64,000 nt of DNA from Rhizophagus irregularis. Its lineage: Eukaryota. Shown one piece after another: positions 1-13,373 of this stretch. A model generated the notes under the pieces. The model made no database searches and was not told where the DNA came from. It saw only the letters and a program-made list of their open reading frames with translations. The DNA lies in the NCBI RefSeq assembly GCF_026210795.1, contig NC_089432.1, positions 5,642,001-5,706,000 on the forward strand. The letters are read 5' to 3'. Each line of letters starts with the position of its first letter. Position 1 is the first letter of the stretch. The position numbers were made by a program, and so were the translations under genes.

Positions 1-1346
1 ATAAAATTGTATATTTTTATTGCAATTATATGTTTGTTTATTACAAAATATTAAAAATCTCTCTTTCTTTTTCAATTATTAGTTTTGATTTCAATTCTTT
101 TAAAAAAATTTTTTTTTGAAGTTTGACATATACTATATAAAGGAAATACAAATTTATATTTTGATGTCATATGCATCAAAATATCTACTACCAATCCTTA
201 ATCATATCCATACCAATAATATATGGGTGTAAGATTCTTTCATGATGAATAATATATATGCTAGTTCTATTGGTAATTCACATGTAATTTTTTTACATAC
301 AAATAAAATGTTATATAATGCATGATCTTTGGGTACTAAAGATAATTCACAATTATAATCCCATTCATCAATAACATATTGAAATTGAGATTTTTGTATT
401 ACTGTTAAAGCCTTTTTACTATAAAGATATCAGAATTTTTTATATTGAAAGTATTGAATAATATCACAAACTTTTGTATTTGTTAAAACAGCTGCTGATA
501 CTCTTTCTATACTTTTTATAGCCATCATTAACATAAAATGAAATTGTTCAGCTATATCAGTATGGTATACAGTTTCAAATTTTTTATAACAATCTGTATT
601 AGTTAAATTTGTAAAAAAAAAAATTTTAATAATTATAATTAAAAACAAAATTTATTAAATAATTGATTAAATATATTTACAATTTGATGAAACAGAATCT
701 AGTAAAAATTCTATATTTTCAAAAGTATGCAAAAAAAGTTGAATTGGTTTATAAATATCACAATTCATGTCATGGTATTTTTTAATTAAAAAAACTTAAT
801 TAAATTAATATATAAAAAATGTAAAAAATTATATTTAATCCATTTAAAATCTTACTTGAAATGAATAATAACAAATTCTACAATGCATTTTAAGAAACAC
901 TTGAAAATTCTTTTTCTTTGATAAAATGTCAGCAGATGTTTTAAAAATATTTAATAATTTATCAATCTCAAGGATAATTTGTTTAATAATTCAAATATTG
1001 AATAAATAAAATTTAAAATTAATATTTTTTTTAAAAAAAATTAATATCTTAAAAAAATTGTCAATGTTTTGATTATTTACTGGTTCATAATATTGAAAAA
1101 GATTTTCATGCAATACTAATCTCTTAGCAGCATTTGTTAAATATTAAGTATACAATCATATAATCTATTTTTCAAATTTGTATTTTTATTTGCAATAGCA
1201 CAAATTTCATTAATGTATCAGCTTTTTAAAAAATCCCTTTCAAATCTGCGCTTATTGATTCTCTCATAATTGCAATTTCCTAAAGTTCCAAATTAATAAT
1301 AAATATAATTCGCTTTGCAGGGTTTACCTAGCTGTGATATGATACA

Positions 1347-2585
1347 TAGAATTCTGAACAGATTATCCAAATTCAGGTAACCTGACAGGTTGACCTGAAT
1401 TTTCAGATCAGGTTTAGCAATTGCAATTCAGCATCAATTCAGGTTGTAACATCAGTATAACCTGAATGACCTGTTGACCTGAAACTATAATTTTATATAA
1501 GTGAGTTATGGTATTATAATTCACTTTTTATATTGATTTTATATAATAAAAGTGAATTGTGATATTGGAATTCACTTTTTTATATCGATTTTATATATAA
1601 AAAGTGAATTGCAATATCGGAATTCACTTTTTTATATCATTTTTATATATAAAAAGTGAATTGCAGTATCAGAATTCACTTTTTTATATCATTTTATATA
1701 TATAAAAAGTAAATTGCAGTATCAGAATTCACTTTTTTATATCATTTTATATATATAAAAAGTGAATTGCGGTATCAGAATTCACTTTTTTATACCCTAT
1801 AAAAAGTATTATACTTAAAATATACTTAAAATATATTTAAAATATACTTAATTTAAAAATTGCAAAATACTTATAATATATTTTTAATATATCTAAAATA
1901 TACTTAAAATTATCTTAAAATATATGTCTAATATATTTAATTTTTGCCCATATACTTAAAATATATTTAAAATATATTTAAATTAAAATTTAAGTATATT
2001 ATAAGATTATTATAAGTATATTTTTTACATACTTAAAATATACTTAAAATATATTATGAAATATATTATAAGAATATTTTAAGTATGTAAAAAATATATC
2101 TATAATATACTTAAATTTTAATTTAAATATAATTTAAGTATATTTTAAGTATTTGGACAAAAATTAAATATATTAGAAATATATTTTAAGATAATTTTAA
2201 ATACATTTTAAGTATATTATAAGTATTTCGCAATTTTTAAATTAAATATATTTTAAGTATATTTTAAATATATTTTAAAAAGTTTTTAATTATATTTTAA
2301 ATATAAATACTTTTTATAGGGATATCTTTTTTATATCATTTTTAAAAAGTGAATTGCGATATCGGAATTCACTTTTTTATATCGATTTTATATTTAAAAA
2401 GTTAGTTGCGGTATTGCGATTCACCTTTTTATACAATTTTAATATAAAAAACTAAATCGCAATATTTCAAAAAAATGTTTTGCACAATATAAATCCTGAA
2501 AATTTTCAGGTTTCAGTTCAGGTCAGATCAAACAGATAATCTGATATAACCTAACCTGACCTGATCTGATCCATTTAGAACTCTA
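1347..2585. mobile_element. Non-autonomous hAT-type element (MITE family A, copy 1) with internal palindromic ~54-bp tandem repeats
   Basis: Ends TAGAATTCTGAACAG ... CCATTTAGAACTCTA. Degenerate 8-bp TSD atgataca/atggtgca. Subterminal ACCTG/CAGGT motifs and internal AAAAAGTGAATTGC..GAATTCACTTTTT repeats. Homologous to 34246-34806 and 57605-58376. Confidence 0.8.
1795..2321. mobile_element. Foldback/MITE nested in MITE A
   Basis: Perfect 16-bp TIR CCCTATAAAAAGTATT/AATACTTTTTATAGGG, flanked by ATA on both sides. The interior is a long imperfect inverted repeat of TATACTTAAAA units and is absent from the other family A copies. Confidence 0.8.
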
Positions 2586-2646
2586 ATGGTGCAGTACGTA
2601 ATGCAATAAGAAGATCATCATAAAGAAATAAGCAAATAAGAAAAAT

Positions 2647-3016
2647 TTAAACTGAACCAAATGTAATTTGATAATCAGGATCACCATCAGTATAAAAACA
2701 AAAAATAAGTGGAATAAAAGTATAATGCAATTGAATTGTATTAAAAAATTCAGTTGAATATCTAATTACATTACTAGGTTGAAAAATAGTGTCTTTATAT
2801 AAAACAAATACATTTTCATAATAGAAAAAATCTTCAATGGTTGTTAGAATATTAATAAAAAAAATAATTGAAGGGATAAGAGATAGTTTTGTAAAGTCAT
2901 AATGGTCACTTGCCGCTAATGTTGAATTTACACCAATTAGACTCTTCTTATTACGAACACCAATAGAAGAAAAATCAATTCTCTTTATAATCACACATTT
3001 GGGACAGTCCATATTT
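2647..3016 (-). pseudogene. DNA transposase fragment (Zator-like DDE), the target of the LINE insertion
   Basis: Residual motifs GVRNKKSL, ASDH(Y)DFTKLSLIPSI and YTDG(D)PD(Y) resemble the DHDF...LIPSV...DGGPD motifs I recall for Zator-like transposases. Truncated. Confidence 0.45.
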
Positions 3017-4495
3017 GGTGATTATATTTATGAGCAAACAGTCTTATGACTTTATCTTTTATTATAATTTTTAAACGAAAAGTACAAAACTTAAATCGAA
3101 TAATATTACAAACGAAATATAGAAAAGTAAATATAAAAAATAAAAAGAACTAGCTTCACGATTCATACAAGTAAAGAAATCTAAACAAAATAAAATTGGA
3201 AGAAATAAAAACTAAACTATTACAGAATGACCTCAACGGCAATTCGAAGGCGAAAAGTGAAATAACTATCCAGTAATATGCCCTAAGATCTAATCCGTTA
3301 CCAAAAAGAAATTCTAAGTAGAGGCTGAACTGTTAAGCGGCGCCAAAAATCCAAGTGCGAGATCCAAGATCCACCACAGATTATAGAAGAGGAGACCCAA
3401 GAAATCCAAGAATCCAAGGAAACTGTCGCCAAGGAAGGTGTCGAAAATTCAGGAGAAATTGGTGAGGGAGGGTGAGGAATAGGAGAAGGTCTAATAGCGG
3501 ACGATTTCATTTTATTAGTAATGCTTTGAGCTGATTCCCAATGATGAAAGAAAACAGAACAGCACAACCAGATTTGAACATAAAGATCAAAGTGAAAGTC
3601 ATGTAAAGGTGTATCTAAAATAAACCATATAACGGATGATGAAAAGTAAGTTTCAAAAAATCCTGTAAGGGATATCGGTATGAGACCACGTGAGTTTCAA
3701 GCAGAAAAGTGAAGGAGGGTCATATTCCCAACAATCAAGAGCCGTAAATTCTGCAACAAAAGAGTCCAGTAAAGGTTTCAAAGGAGTCGCGAAAAGAAAT
3801 TTCTCAAGATAAACAGTTCTAAGGTCCAGCAGAAGTGTTTTGAAGGTATTAAAAGGACTAAATTCAAGTAAAATATAAGGACAAGTCCATAAGTGGTTTA
3901 AAGTCTCAAGAGAGGAGTTGCATTGAGAACAGGGCCAACTCGGATCATAGATATGAGGCTTTCGTTTTTGAAGAGTTGTGAGTGTCGGAAGCATATCCAA
4001 TAAAATCTTGATACGGAAAGCACAAAATTCAGAGCGGCCATTTTGATGGGAAAATTGTAATTGTTTATTATTAAAACAAAATTTGGTACAAGCCCAATTA
4101 ATATCTGAAATAGAGGAATTAAGATTGAATCTTGGTAATAAAGCAAAAGTCAAAAGATTCTTGGCGTCAAAAATTTCTCCAATGAATTTCCGGATATTCA
4201 TATCCACAGGTAAAGAATTAAATTGTAAAATGCAAGGAGCCAAAAGTGCAGGCGACTGAAAGGAAAGACGCGAGTCCATATGAGCAGTTTTCGCTAAATC
4301 ATCAACGTGATTATTCAGAGAATCGTCAGCGTAAGCAGGAACCTTGATTAAAGTAACTTCCAGTTTCTTTTGTGAAATAATAGCTCGTGCCAAAGACCAT
4401 AAAAAGTGATTGGATTCTTTATGCATTCTAGGAATGAAGGGAGCATCCACATACGTAGACCATAAGGAGATTAATTGAGCACAGTCAGTAGCAAC

Positions 4496-4739
4496 TAAGG
4501 TTGCTTGCCGAAACCTAGGGGTTTAGGCAAGATGGCGTTTCGCTGAAACGCAAAATTCTGCCAAAACTATATTAAAGTTATATTAAAAAACTGGCAAAAC
4601 TTTGGAGAAAGGCGAAACTGCCAAAACTTATTATAAATGCCGAAACTGCCGAAACTCTGCTGAAACTATAATAAATCTATAGTAAAATTTTAACGAAACT
4701 AATCGTAGGATTTTGAAGAGGTTTAGACAAGCAACCTTA
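4496..4739. mobile_element. hAT-type MITE family B (244 bp) in the LINE RNase H domain
   Basis: TIR TAAGGTTGCTTG/CAAGCAACCTTA. 8-bp TSD gtagcaac/gtagcgac. Near-identical to 5894-6136. Confidence 0.92.
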
Positions 4740-5893
4740 GTAGCGACAGTAATCTTGGAATTCCAAGGGAGGGAGTCCAATCCATGCAATAAAGCAAAAA
4801 TTTCAGAATGCAGTGTAGAAGGAAAAAGAGAAGGAATGGTATTATAATGAGATTCAAGAATAAATCCATCAGAATCGATAGCAGTCCATGCATAAGCCAT
4901 TGAAGGTATCGAATGACTAAAAAGAGGAAGAAAGAGCCATCGATATAGAGTGTAGACACCGAAGAAGGAAGTTAAATATCAGAAATCCTAGAGAGTTGAT
5001 CGTTCATAAGAAGTAATCGAACCGGAGCAAAAAGATGAAATAATAATAGAGATTTGGGAGGCGGAAAGTAAGACCGAACGAGTGTCCGCATGTATATAAG
5101 TACGAGGCTTCGTAGGGTAACGGATAAGATTTGATAAAGGCACATAAGAGAAACACTTTTCAGAGGGACATCGTTTAAGCAATGTCTTGGAAGTAGAGGA
5201 TCGCGGAATAGCAGAGACACAACCTTGGCATGCAGTGAATTCAGATAATAAGTCATCAACAGATGACGCAATCCAATGTGAAATAAGAGCTTCATTTCGT
5301 GGAGCAGGATAAGTAATGATCACACGGCCAATAAGGAAAGAGTTAGTAATGCGATTAAAAGAAATAGCCCATTGTGGATTAAACAAATAATTTCGACTTA
5401 TATCTATAGGAGAGATAGAAGCTACAGTATAGGAATTAGGTATTCTAAATTGCAGTAAAACAAAAAAAGAAGGAGAATTAGAAATAACAACAAAATTAAA
5501 TAAATAAGTAAACCAAGCAGGCACAGATCCTTTGTTTGAAACTTGTTTAAGAAAGCGTAAATCTTTCCATGAAAGAAGCCGAGAGCCACATGGAGTAACC
5601 AATTGGACAAGAAAACGAGTACAAAATTTTTTCCGAACATTTTTCATGGAAGTAAATAAATCTTTTGGTAAAATAGACCAGAGTGGAATCGCCGGATGTA
5701 GATCCTTTCTCGGAGGTCGGAACAATAAAGACCATGTGATATTCAATCGAGAAGAGAATAATAAAGAATTGAACAAAGAATGGAAAATGTATGGGACCAT
5801 GGTTCCAAGTCAATAGTAGAAGGACAGGCGTCACAGTCCAAAAATCCTTGGAGATAAGTAATCATATAGTTGGCAAAAAGCTTATATGAAGGG

Positions 5894-6136
5894 TAAGGTT
5901 GCTTGCCGAAACCTAGGGTTTAGGCAAGATGGCGTTTTGCCGAAAAGCAAAATTCTGCCAAAACTATATTAAAGTTATATTAAAAAACTGGCGAAACTTT
6001 GGAGAAACGCGAAACTGCCGAAACTTATTATAAATGCCGAAACTGCTGAAACTCTGCCAAAACTATAATAAATCTATAGTAAAATTTTGACGAAACTAAT
6101 CGTAAGATTTTGAAGAGGTTTAGACAAGCAACCTTA
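5894..6136. mobile_element. hAT-type MITE family B (243 bp) in LINE ORF2
   Basis: Same TIRs as 4496-4739. Perfect 8-bp TSD ATGAAGGG at 5886-5893 and 6137-6144. Confidence 0.93.
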
Positions 6137-9100
6137 ATGAAGGGTGAGAAAAAATTCTTTGCCATGAAGCCACATGAGATGATAGAAATCGACCAAATGC
6201 TTGTTAGATAGAAAACGGCAACAATGTGAAAAGCGCAGAAAGAGGAGTGACTGAGGCTAAACCAGCCTTCTGACGAATAAGAGAAAGCATTGGAGAAACC
6301 ATGCGATTAATGGTAGATTCAGCAAATAATATGGTTTGTAAGCGAAATTCTAGCCTTGGAAGTAAGACAACGTTATAAAGATAGGCCACATGTTGTGCCA
6401 AAAGTTTTTTAGGACTGAGTAGAGCAGCCATGTCTTTGATTATGAAAGTACATTGATCATGAACAAAGCGAGAAGAAGCCGAAAAATAAAACCAGACACC
6501 TAAAAAACGGAAAGACTTGGATAAAGCTAACGCCTTTAAAGTAAGGGAACAAATTGGGATTAAGGAAGATGGAAAAAGATCAAACACTATAGTTTGAGAA
6601 AATTGTTCAGAAGAAAGAAGGATATATTTTGCTGAATTTGCTTGAGTATTATTTAAAGTGTAGAATTCAGCAGTAATGGAAAGGCGATCTTCAATTTCTC
6701 GTTTAGATGAAGCAATCAAAGTAGAATCATCCATAAACGTAATATGTGAAACAGGAAAATTATGTTGTTCATATTCAATCAGAGAACAATCCAATAATGC
6801 AGAGGATTTCAAAATAAAAGGATCACAAGCTTCTCGATTAAGTGTTGTGAGTAAAGGATCTAAATAAATCACCCATAATAACAGGGAAATCATAATTTCA
6901 CCCTGGTCAATACCAATCCTAACTCTATATCCAGGAGTATCACCATAATGGGTAATAATTTTATTATTGCGTCTTGTAAAAAGATTAATGATAAATTTGA
7001 TCAACAAAGGTGGGATATGCAAACGCATTAAAGCCAATTTAAGCATATTTAGATCTATCGAATCAAAGGCTTTTGAAATATCTTGGGAAACAATCCATAA
7101 CTCTTGGTCATCAGTTTTATGAAAGCAGCGTTGATGAATAATAGCATCAAGCATTTTAATAGGAATGTCAGTAGAACCGCCAGGTAATCCAGCAAAATTA
7201 CCACCTTGCAATACTTGGTTATCAGCTAGGATTTTTGAAAGACGAGTTGTAACGATCTTAACCACGCATTTTCGTACAGTTTCTAATAAAGTAATAGATC
7301 ATGTATTCTTTAATTAGGCGTCAAATTCATGAGGCTTCGGAATGGGATAAACAAGCGCTTCACGCCATTCAGCAGGAATATCTCCATGAATAAGGCAGGC
7401 ATTGGCTAATACAAGGGACAAATTGAAAGCTTCTCCAGTTAAATGTTTGAGCATCTCATAAGAGATCTTAGAAGGACCAGAGGCTTTGTTATTAGGCATA
7501 AACTGGATAATGTTCTTCCATTTTTCATCCAGAATAGGAGACATGACCGAATTATATAAAGACGAGTCAATATCAAAAATAGGAGTATATGCTCTTTACC
7601 AACGTGAAGGAAATTCATCGATAGAAGAATACTGGACCAAAGGAGGAGTAACAACCGATTGAAAATGTTTGATGGCAGCTTGTTTGATATTTGAAGGCTC
7701 AGTAAGCAATGTAGGTTTGGAGTCAATTACAACCAAGACTCTATCAAGAATGATAGAGCGATGTTTCACTGACAGAGCTGAAGAAATAAAAGAACCCAGC
7801 GACATAGAGAAATGTTCATCTCTAAGAGCAGTATAATATTCAATGGAATCCACACGATGTTGATGAAATTGCGTGAAAAGAAAGGCGGAGACCAAAGCTT
7901 TTTGTGAACGCAAAAATTTGACAAAAGCAGGAAGTGGTGTTGTACTATAATCAGGTATAGTATAATCTGTTAAAAGAGATTTCAAAAGAATCAATTGTAT
8001 AGGCAAAGAATTAATCATTTGCAAAATTTGAGCGGGACGACTAATCCTAGATGTGGTCAATTTAAACAATAATCTATCCAAGAATTTGTTGATAGCAATA
8101 AGCATTGTAAGTTCGGGAGGATATTTATGGTGATGAGTATTGGATACATGTTGAAATGGTAAAGATTCAATGGCACCACCAAGAATAGAACGTTTAAGAG
8201 CGTGCCAAAGTTTGTCCAATGAAAGAGCTGAAAGTGAAAATATGGAAGGATGGTGTGTGGCCAAATACAACTCAAGACGTGAGTTTACTTCATCAGAAAA
8301 TATGTCCCAAGTATCTTCTTTTATATTCTTATACAGAAAAATGGTGCGCTTTTCACTTTTCTGCTTTAATCTAGCTTTGGCTAAAGTAGCGAAATAAGAA
8401 CTAAAGTCGAAGGTCGTAAAAAGAACACAGTGATCAGTAAATTGATTATCATTCAACTTGGGATAAGATTCAACATGAGAGAAAAGACCGGGAGCAGGAA
8501 ATCCAGGGGATGACCAAATATAATCAAGTCTTGAAGAACCATTCTGATGATAAAAAGTAGAACTAAGATCTGAAATTGAAGAAATATAGGATTGATGATC
8601 CGTAAAATATTGAGAAGAAAGCGATCGTAAAATTTTCAAATGGTGTTGTGAAAGATGTGAATGTGAAAGTTCATCTGCGTTAAAGTCACCAAGGATAATT
8701 ACATGATAATTATTAGAACGGGCTTTATCAAGCCATAAGTTGAGTTGTGCAAAAATAGCATCACATTCTTTATAATGAATAGAATGGTAAGGAGGAATAT
8801 AGATAGAAATGATGGAAATTTTTGTTTGATGGAAAAAAAGATCTAATTTTAAAAGACGACCTTTCCAAGGATCAATCTTCTGGACATGTTTATGTAAAGA
8901 ATAGCGAAGTAAAAGGCCAACACCATTATGTGGTCGTGAATTAGAAGGGGAAGGAGCCCAATAGGACTTAAAATTATATTGGAAATGTTCATTTTGATAA
9001 ATAAATTTAGCACTAGAAGAAGTAAGATGAGTATCATTTAAAGATAAAACGCCAAAAGAAGAATGGAGAAAATAGTTTAACAAATGCAACTGTCGAACAG

Positions 9101-9249
9101 GAGAGCACAAACCATTAACATTGATTTGTCCAAAATTAATAAGAGGGGAAGAAGAAAAAGAAGAATTATTACTACTATTAATATTATGTATCGCTATCGC
9201 ACTATTAGAGGGGTGAAATCCCTGTGATGCACCCAATATAAATTGGTGT

Positions 9250-12200
9250 TCAATCATTGGAAGGGGAGGGTTTTGAGGGAAAGAAGAAGTCCAATTTTTC
9301 CATAATCGAACCAAGTTGGACAGAAAGATTCTTTTGTACATTAGTGACACTAGAAATTTCCAATTGCAGACGGGAAGCAGTAGTGTCGGAAGTAATGATA
9401 GTAGGGCGGGAGTTAGGTAATGGGACATGTCTGCGTGATAAGACGGAGTTAGAATCTAGAGCTGAGAAGGAGGCATCAGGAGAAGTGTCTATAAGAGAAG
9501 GAAAAGTATGGGGAGGAAGATTGAATTCAGAATTCGTGTCTTGAGTTGGGGCATCATCCCATCCATTATCATAAGAATGATTTTGATTTTCATGATTATC
9601 ATGAGGCGGATACAAATCAGAGTCACCAGGATTGTCATAATTCATCATTGATTCAAGCTCAGATAGCCTATACTCATGGGCCGTGATAGTATCATTCATC
9701 CAAGAGACAGTTTCCTCTAGAGTATTGAAGGTGTTAGCAATCTTTTCGATCTGCGCCTTTAACTTATCAATAATGTGTTGAGAAAGCGTACAATTAGGGT
9801 TGTTACTCGGAGTAGTAGATGTAGAACTATTAGGATGAAGAGTGTGCGAAGATTAGGTAGAACTAGAAGAATTTGCATTATTTCTAGAATTGGTATTATT
9901 GTTACTGGACTGATTGTTACGGTTAAGAACATTGGGACAGGAAGTATTAATATTATTATTGTTATTGTTGGATCTGGATGAGGACGAATTATTACGGGAT
10001 CTAGAGGTGGATCTCGATCTTGAGCGGGAAGTGGATTTATCACGTGATTGGCGTGAATCCTGATGACACGTCAAGGACCAGCATTAAAGCGTGAATAGAG
10101 TTTGTTAAGGCGATCATCTACTTTGCGTGTGGGACAAGGGTTACATACAGAAGGGGAGCAGCCCGAACGTCCGCAAACATGACATAAAGTGTGAGCTTCA
10201 TTAGGAGGATGCCAAGTTAAACCTTTGCCACAGAAAGCCATGAATAATTCTTTCGCGGCCTCAAGGGTATCAAACGAGGAGAAGTTTAAATATACATAAG
10301 GTTTGGGCTTGTAAGAATTAATAGAAAGGGGAACATTAAGAGCTTTAGCGTTAACTTGAGTAGCAATTTCTAAAAGGTCAGCTTCTTTGATATTTTTTGG
10401 GATACAGGCAAGGATGGCGACATGTTCTCTTCAGCTATCACGTTGGAATTTCGAGAAAGATGCTGGACAGACACGTAAGGAATTACTTAGGCAAATGATC
10501 GCCCAGATGTCGTTGAATTGAGTAATTGCATCCGCAAAGGAAAATTGGATATGACCATTATAATAATGTTTCTTGGGGTGAGTTTGCACTTAATCACAGT
10601 GCCATATCGGGAAAATGCCTGGCGGACTTGCGTCTCGTTTAGAAAAAGTGGGATGTCGGTGACAAACAAAGACTTCGCTTCGTCATTGAGTTTGGCATCT
10701 GCAGGGAATAATAAGTGAAGACTAAATTGAGAAGATCTGCACATGGAAAGCTGAGTGGAAGCTGACACAATCGGTAAAATTATGCTGATCATTGAAGAAG
10801 ACAAAGATCTTTTTGTTATCGCCTGATCCATCGCAGCATGCGCGGGTGCCATAGAAGGAATATCGGGAGAGTGAACAATCCACTTCGTCACACATAGAGC
10901 GATTGGTAGTAAATTTAGCTTTGAATGCATCAGGCGCATCACGTAGATAGGCCGCAGCATAATAATGAGATGGTGCAGACTTGATAGCGGCAGCATTACC
11001 ATCGGGGGATAGCTAACGTTCTGGGATATCGAAGACAACAGATTTACCCTTATCATTAGAGGAAGGATTTGTAGAAACGGTGTAAACTGTCGAATATCAA
11101 GCACGAAAAGATGATAAAATTCAACCACCAAATGTAATTGCCAAATATCAAGAACGAACAAATTAATTATGAATTGGCATAGATGGATAAATAATTAGCC
11201 GAAAAGGATAAACATTTAGAAAGAGTAATGATCTACATGATGTAATGTTTGTTGAATGATTAACAAAGAACCAATAGGATAATTAGAGTCGATCAATTGC
11301 AGCTTAGCAATCTTTAACAATAAGAGCAATTAGAAAGAATAATTATAAGCCACAAAAGATAGATTATAAGCAAAACATATAAAGCGAATTGAAAGAACAT
11401 ATAAAATAAAGTCAGAAAGATTAAAGAACGTAAAATAATATAAAAGATAATATAAAAAGATAATACAAAGATAATATAAAAGATAATATAAAAAGATAAT
11501 ACAAAGATATTATAAAAGATAATATATATAAAAGATAGCATATTAAAAGATAGCGTATTTAAAATATAGATAGTATATTAGAAAGATAGTTCAAAGATAA
11601 TATGTAAAAAGAACATAAAAGATAGTATATAGATAGAATAGAAAGTAGCATAAAAATTGTATAAATAGAGAGCGGAATTCAAAGTAATTCCATAGTTCTT
11701 ATCCACAGAACTCAATAAAAATATAAGTTTCATTTAATTATTTGTTAGTAAAGTTTAATGTTAATTAAAGGTAATAGGTTCGCCCTAAACTTTAATTAAT
11801 GTTCGCTTAATTAATTTTAATTAAAACAAATGAAAATTTTAAGATGAATTAAATATATGTTTTTGAAAAGTAATAATTCGTAGCGAGAGCTATCGAAGTT
11901 TGAAATTAAAGGTAAAAGTGGATATAATTTGGGAAAAATTTAGAGAAGTTAATTTTATTTTATATTGTTCAACGTTTTATATTACTAACGCTATTTATGT
12001 CGTGAACCAAGAATGTTGTTGTATATTGTTCGTTGATCATGTTGTTGTTAATTATGTTGTTAATTATTTGCTTGTTCGTTCAATTGTTCGTTCGTTCGTT
12101 TATTCGTTCGTTCGACCATGAGAATGCCCGTTCGATGTGGCAACTCTGTAAATTGATGACAGAGGGAATTGGGGGATCTCAACGGGAAGGGGTGTGCATA

Positions 12201-12488
12201 TATAGAAGATTCTAAAGATGTGTTAGTAGGAGGAGGTTGAGTAATAACTGGAACTCTATTGACAGGAAGGCCAGAAGGAACGGTGGAAGTGAGGTTGGGA
12301 GCAGGAGCAGAGGGCGAAGTTATATCAACATTCATAGCGTCATCAGAGACAATACGCGAACGTTTATTAGGCACGCCAGCGGTGTTAGTAGGAGACAAGG
12401 GTCAGTCTCCAGATGGAGCAGAAGTGTCAGAACGCAGTGGCGGCAAAATATCCGGGTTAATAACAGAAGGAGCTGGAGGTGTAGTCAT
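9250..12488 (-). pseudogene. LINE ORF1 (RRM-like domains, Cys-rich knuckle, SR-rich and coiled-coil tail)
   Basis: ATG at 12488 (MTTPPAPS...). RRM-like SLFVTDIPLFLNETQVRQAFSRYGTVIKC and YVYLNF, then LCHVCGRSGCSPSVC and SRSRSRS. Stop at 9250. Frameshifted and interrupted at 11089-12141. Confidence 0.8.
11089..12141. mobile_element. ~1.05-kb non-coding insertion in LINE ORF1 (possible solo LTR)
   Basis: ORF1-like coding sequence resumes on both sides. Flanked by AACT direct repeats and bounded approximately TG...CA. AT-rich, with AAAGATAATATA and TTCG microrepeats. Confidence 0.55.
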
Positions 12489-12978
12489 AGTATAAAGCTC
12501 AGTAAAAAGGAAAGCAACTGGGAAAGTATTAGTATTTGAACGAGCACTTAGAAATTTTTGAACGAAAATTTCAAAAATAAATTTTTATTAGTATTTTCAA
12601 AATTTCAGAAAAGAGTTGCGATAATCCTCGGTGATTATATTTATAAAGAGATGTGACTATATAAAAAATTTCTTATATTAGTATATCATAATTCTGGCCA
12701 AAAATTAACATAATTTTAGCTAAAATTATACTTAAAACTTTATTGTATCATAATTCTGCCAATATTAATCATAGAGAGATAATCTTACCGCCATTCGATT
12801 CATCTCGATGAGATGGTTCTAATGGTATAAAATATATCAAAATCCAATCACTAGATTAATTTTCGAAATTAAAAAAATATTAATGGTTTTTGTGTAATAA
12901 TTCTGCCAATATTGATCTTAGAGAGACGATCTTACTACCATTTAATTCGTCTTGATGTGACAAATTTAATGGTATAAA

Positions 12979-13373
12979 TAAAGATGTAGTATGTAATTGA
13001 TAATTACTACCTTATGTTGTAATAGTAAGGGTTGCAATCTATTACTACTTTTAAAATTAAAGTGTTGTAATATTACAACACTTATGATTATTCAAAAATT
13101 TTCTTTTTGAAAAATAAAAATTACAAAAATAAGTTTTTATAGAATAAATATCATTATAAAAAGAAATAATTAATATATTATAATACATATTTGTATAATT
13201 AAAAATAATTACAACTTACAATTTTATATAATAATACAATTTTAATAGTTATAATATTGTATACTATATAATAATTATAATATTGTATTGCAATTACAAC
13301 AAAAGTGTTGTATGTATGTTGTAATAGTTGCAACCTTACAACCTTTTAAAAATAATTACATATCACATCAGTA
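12979..13373. mobile_element. hAT-type MITE (395 bp)
   Basis: 8-bp TSD GGTATAAA at 12971-12978 and 13374-13381. Imperfect TIR TAAAGATGTAGTATGTAATT / AATTACATATCACATCAGTA. Confidence 0.75.

Larger units (their letters stand above)
3298..9257 (-). pseudogene. LINE ORF2: AP endonuclease, reverse transcriptase, RNase H, C-terminal CCHC finger
   Basis: APE motifs QINVNGL, ILGDFN, SRLDYIW, TDH. RT motifs QDISKAFDS, GIDQG, FMDD, FRFLGV. RNase H motifs YIDGS, EIFALLHGL, KVPA(Y)ADDSLNNHVDDLAK. Zinc finger CSQC...ETLNHLWTC. Broken by stops, frameshifts and two MITEs. Confidence 0.92.
3032..12629 (-). mobile_element. Full-length non-LTR retrotransposon (LINE: ORF1 + APE-RT-RNase H-CCHC ORF2), inactivated
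   Basis: Perfect 15-bp TSD GGTGATTATATTTAT at 3017-3031 and 12630-12644. All LINE domains are in order on the minus strand. Three nested insertions. Confidence 0.93.

Noticed and set aside
11314..11541. Hydrophobic 75-aa ORF resembling a membrane peptide
   Set aside because: Translation of the AAAGATAATATA microrepeat.
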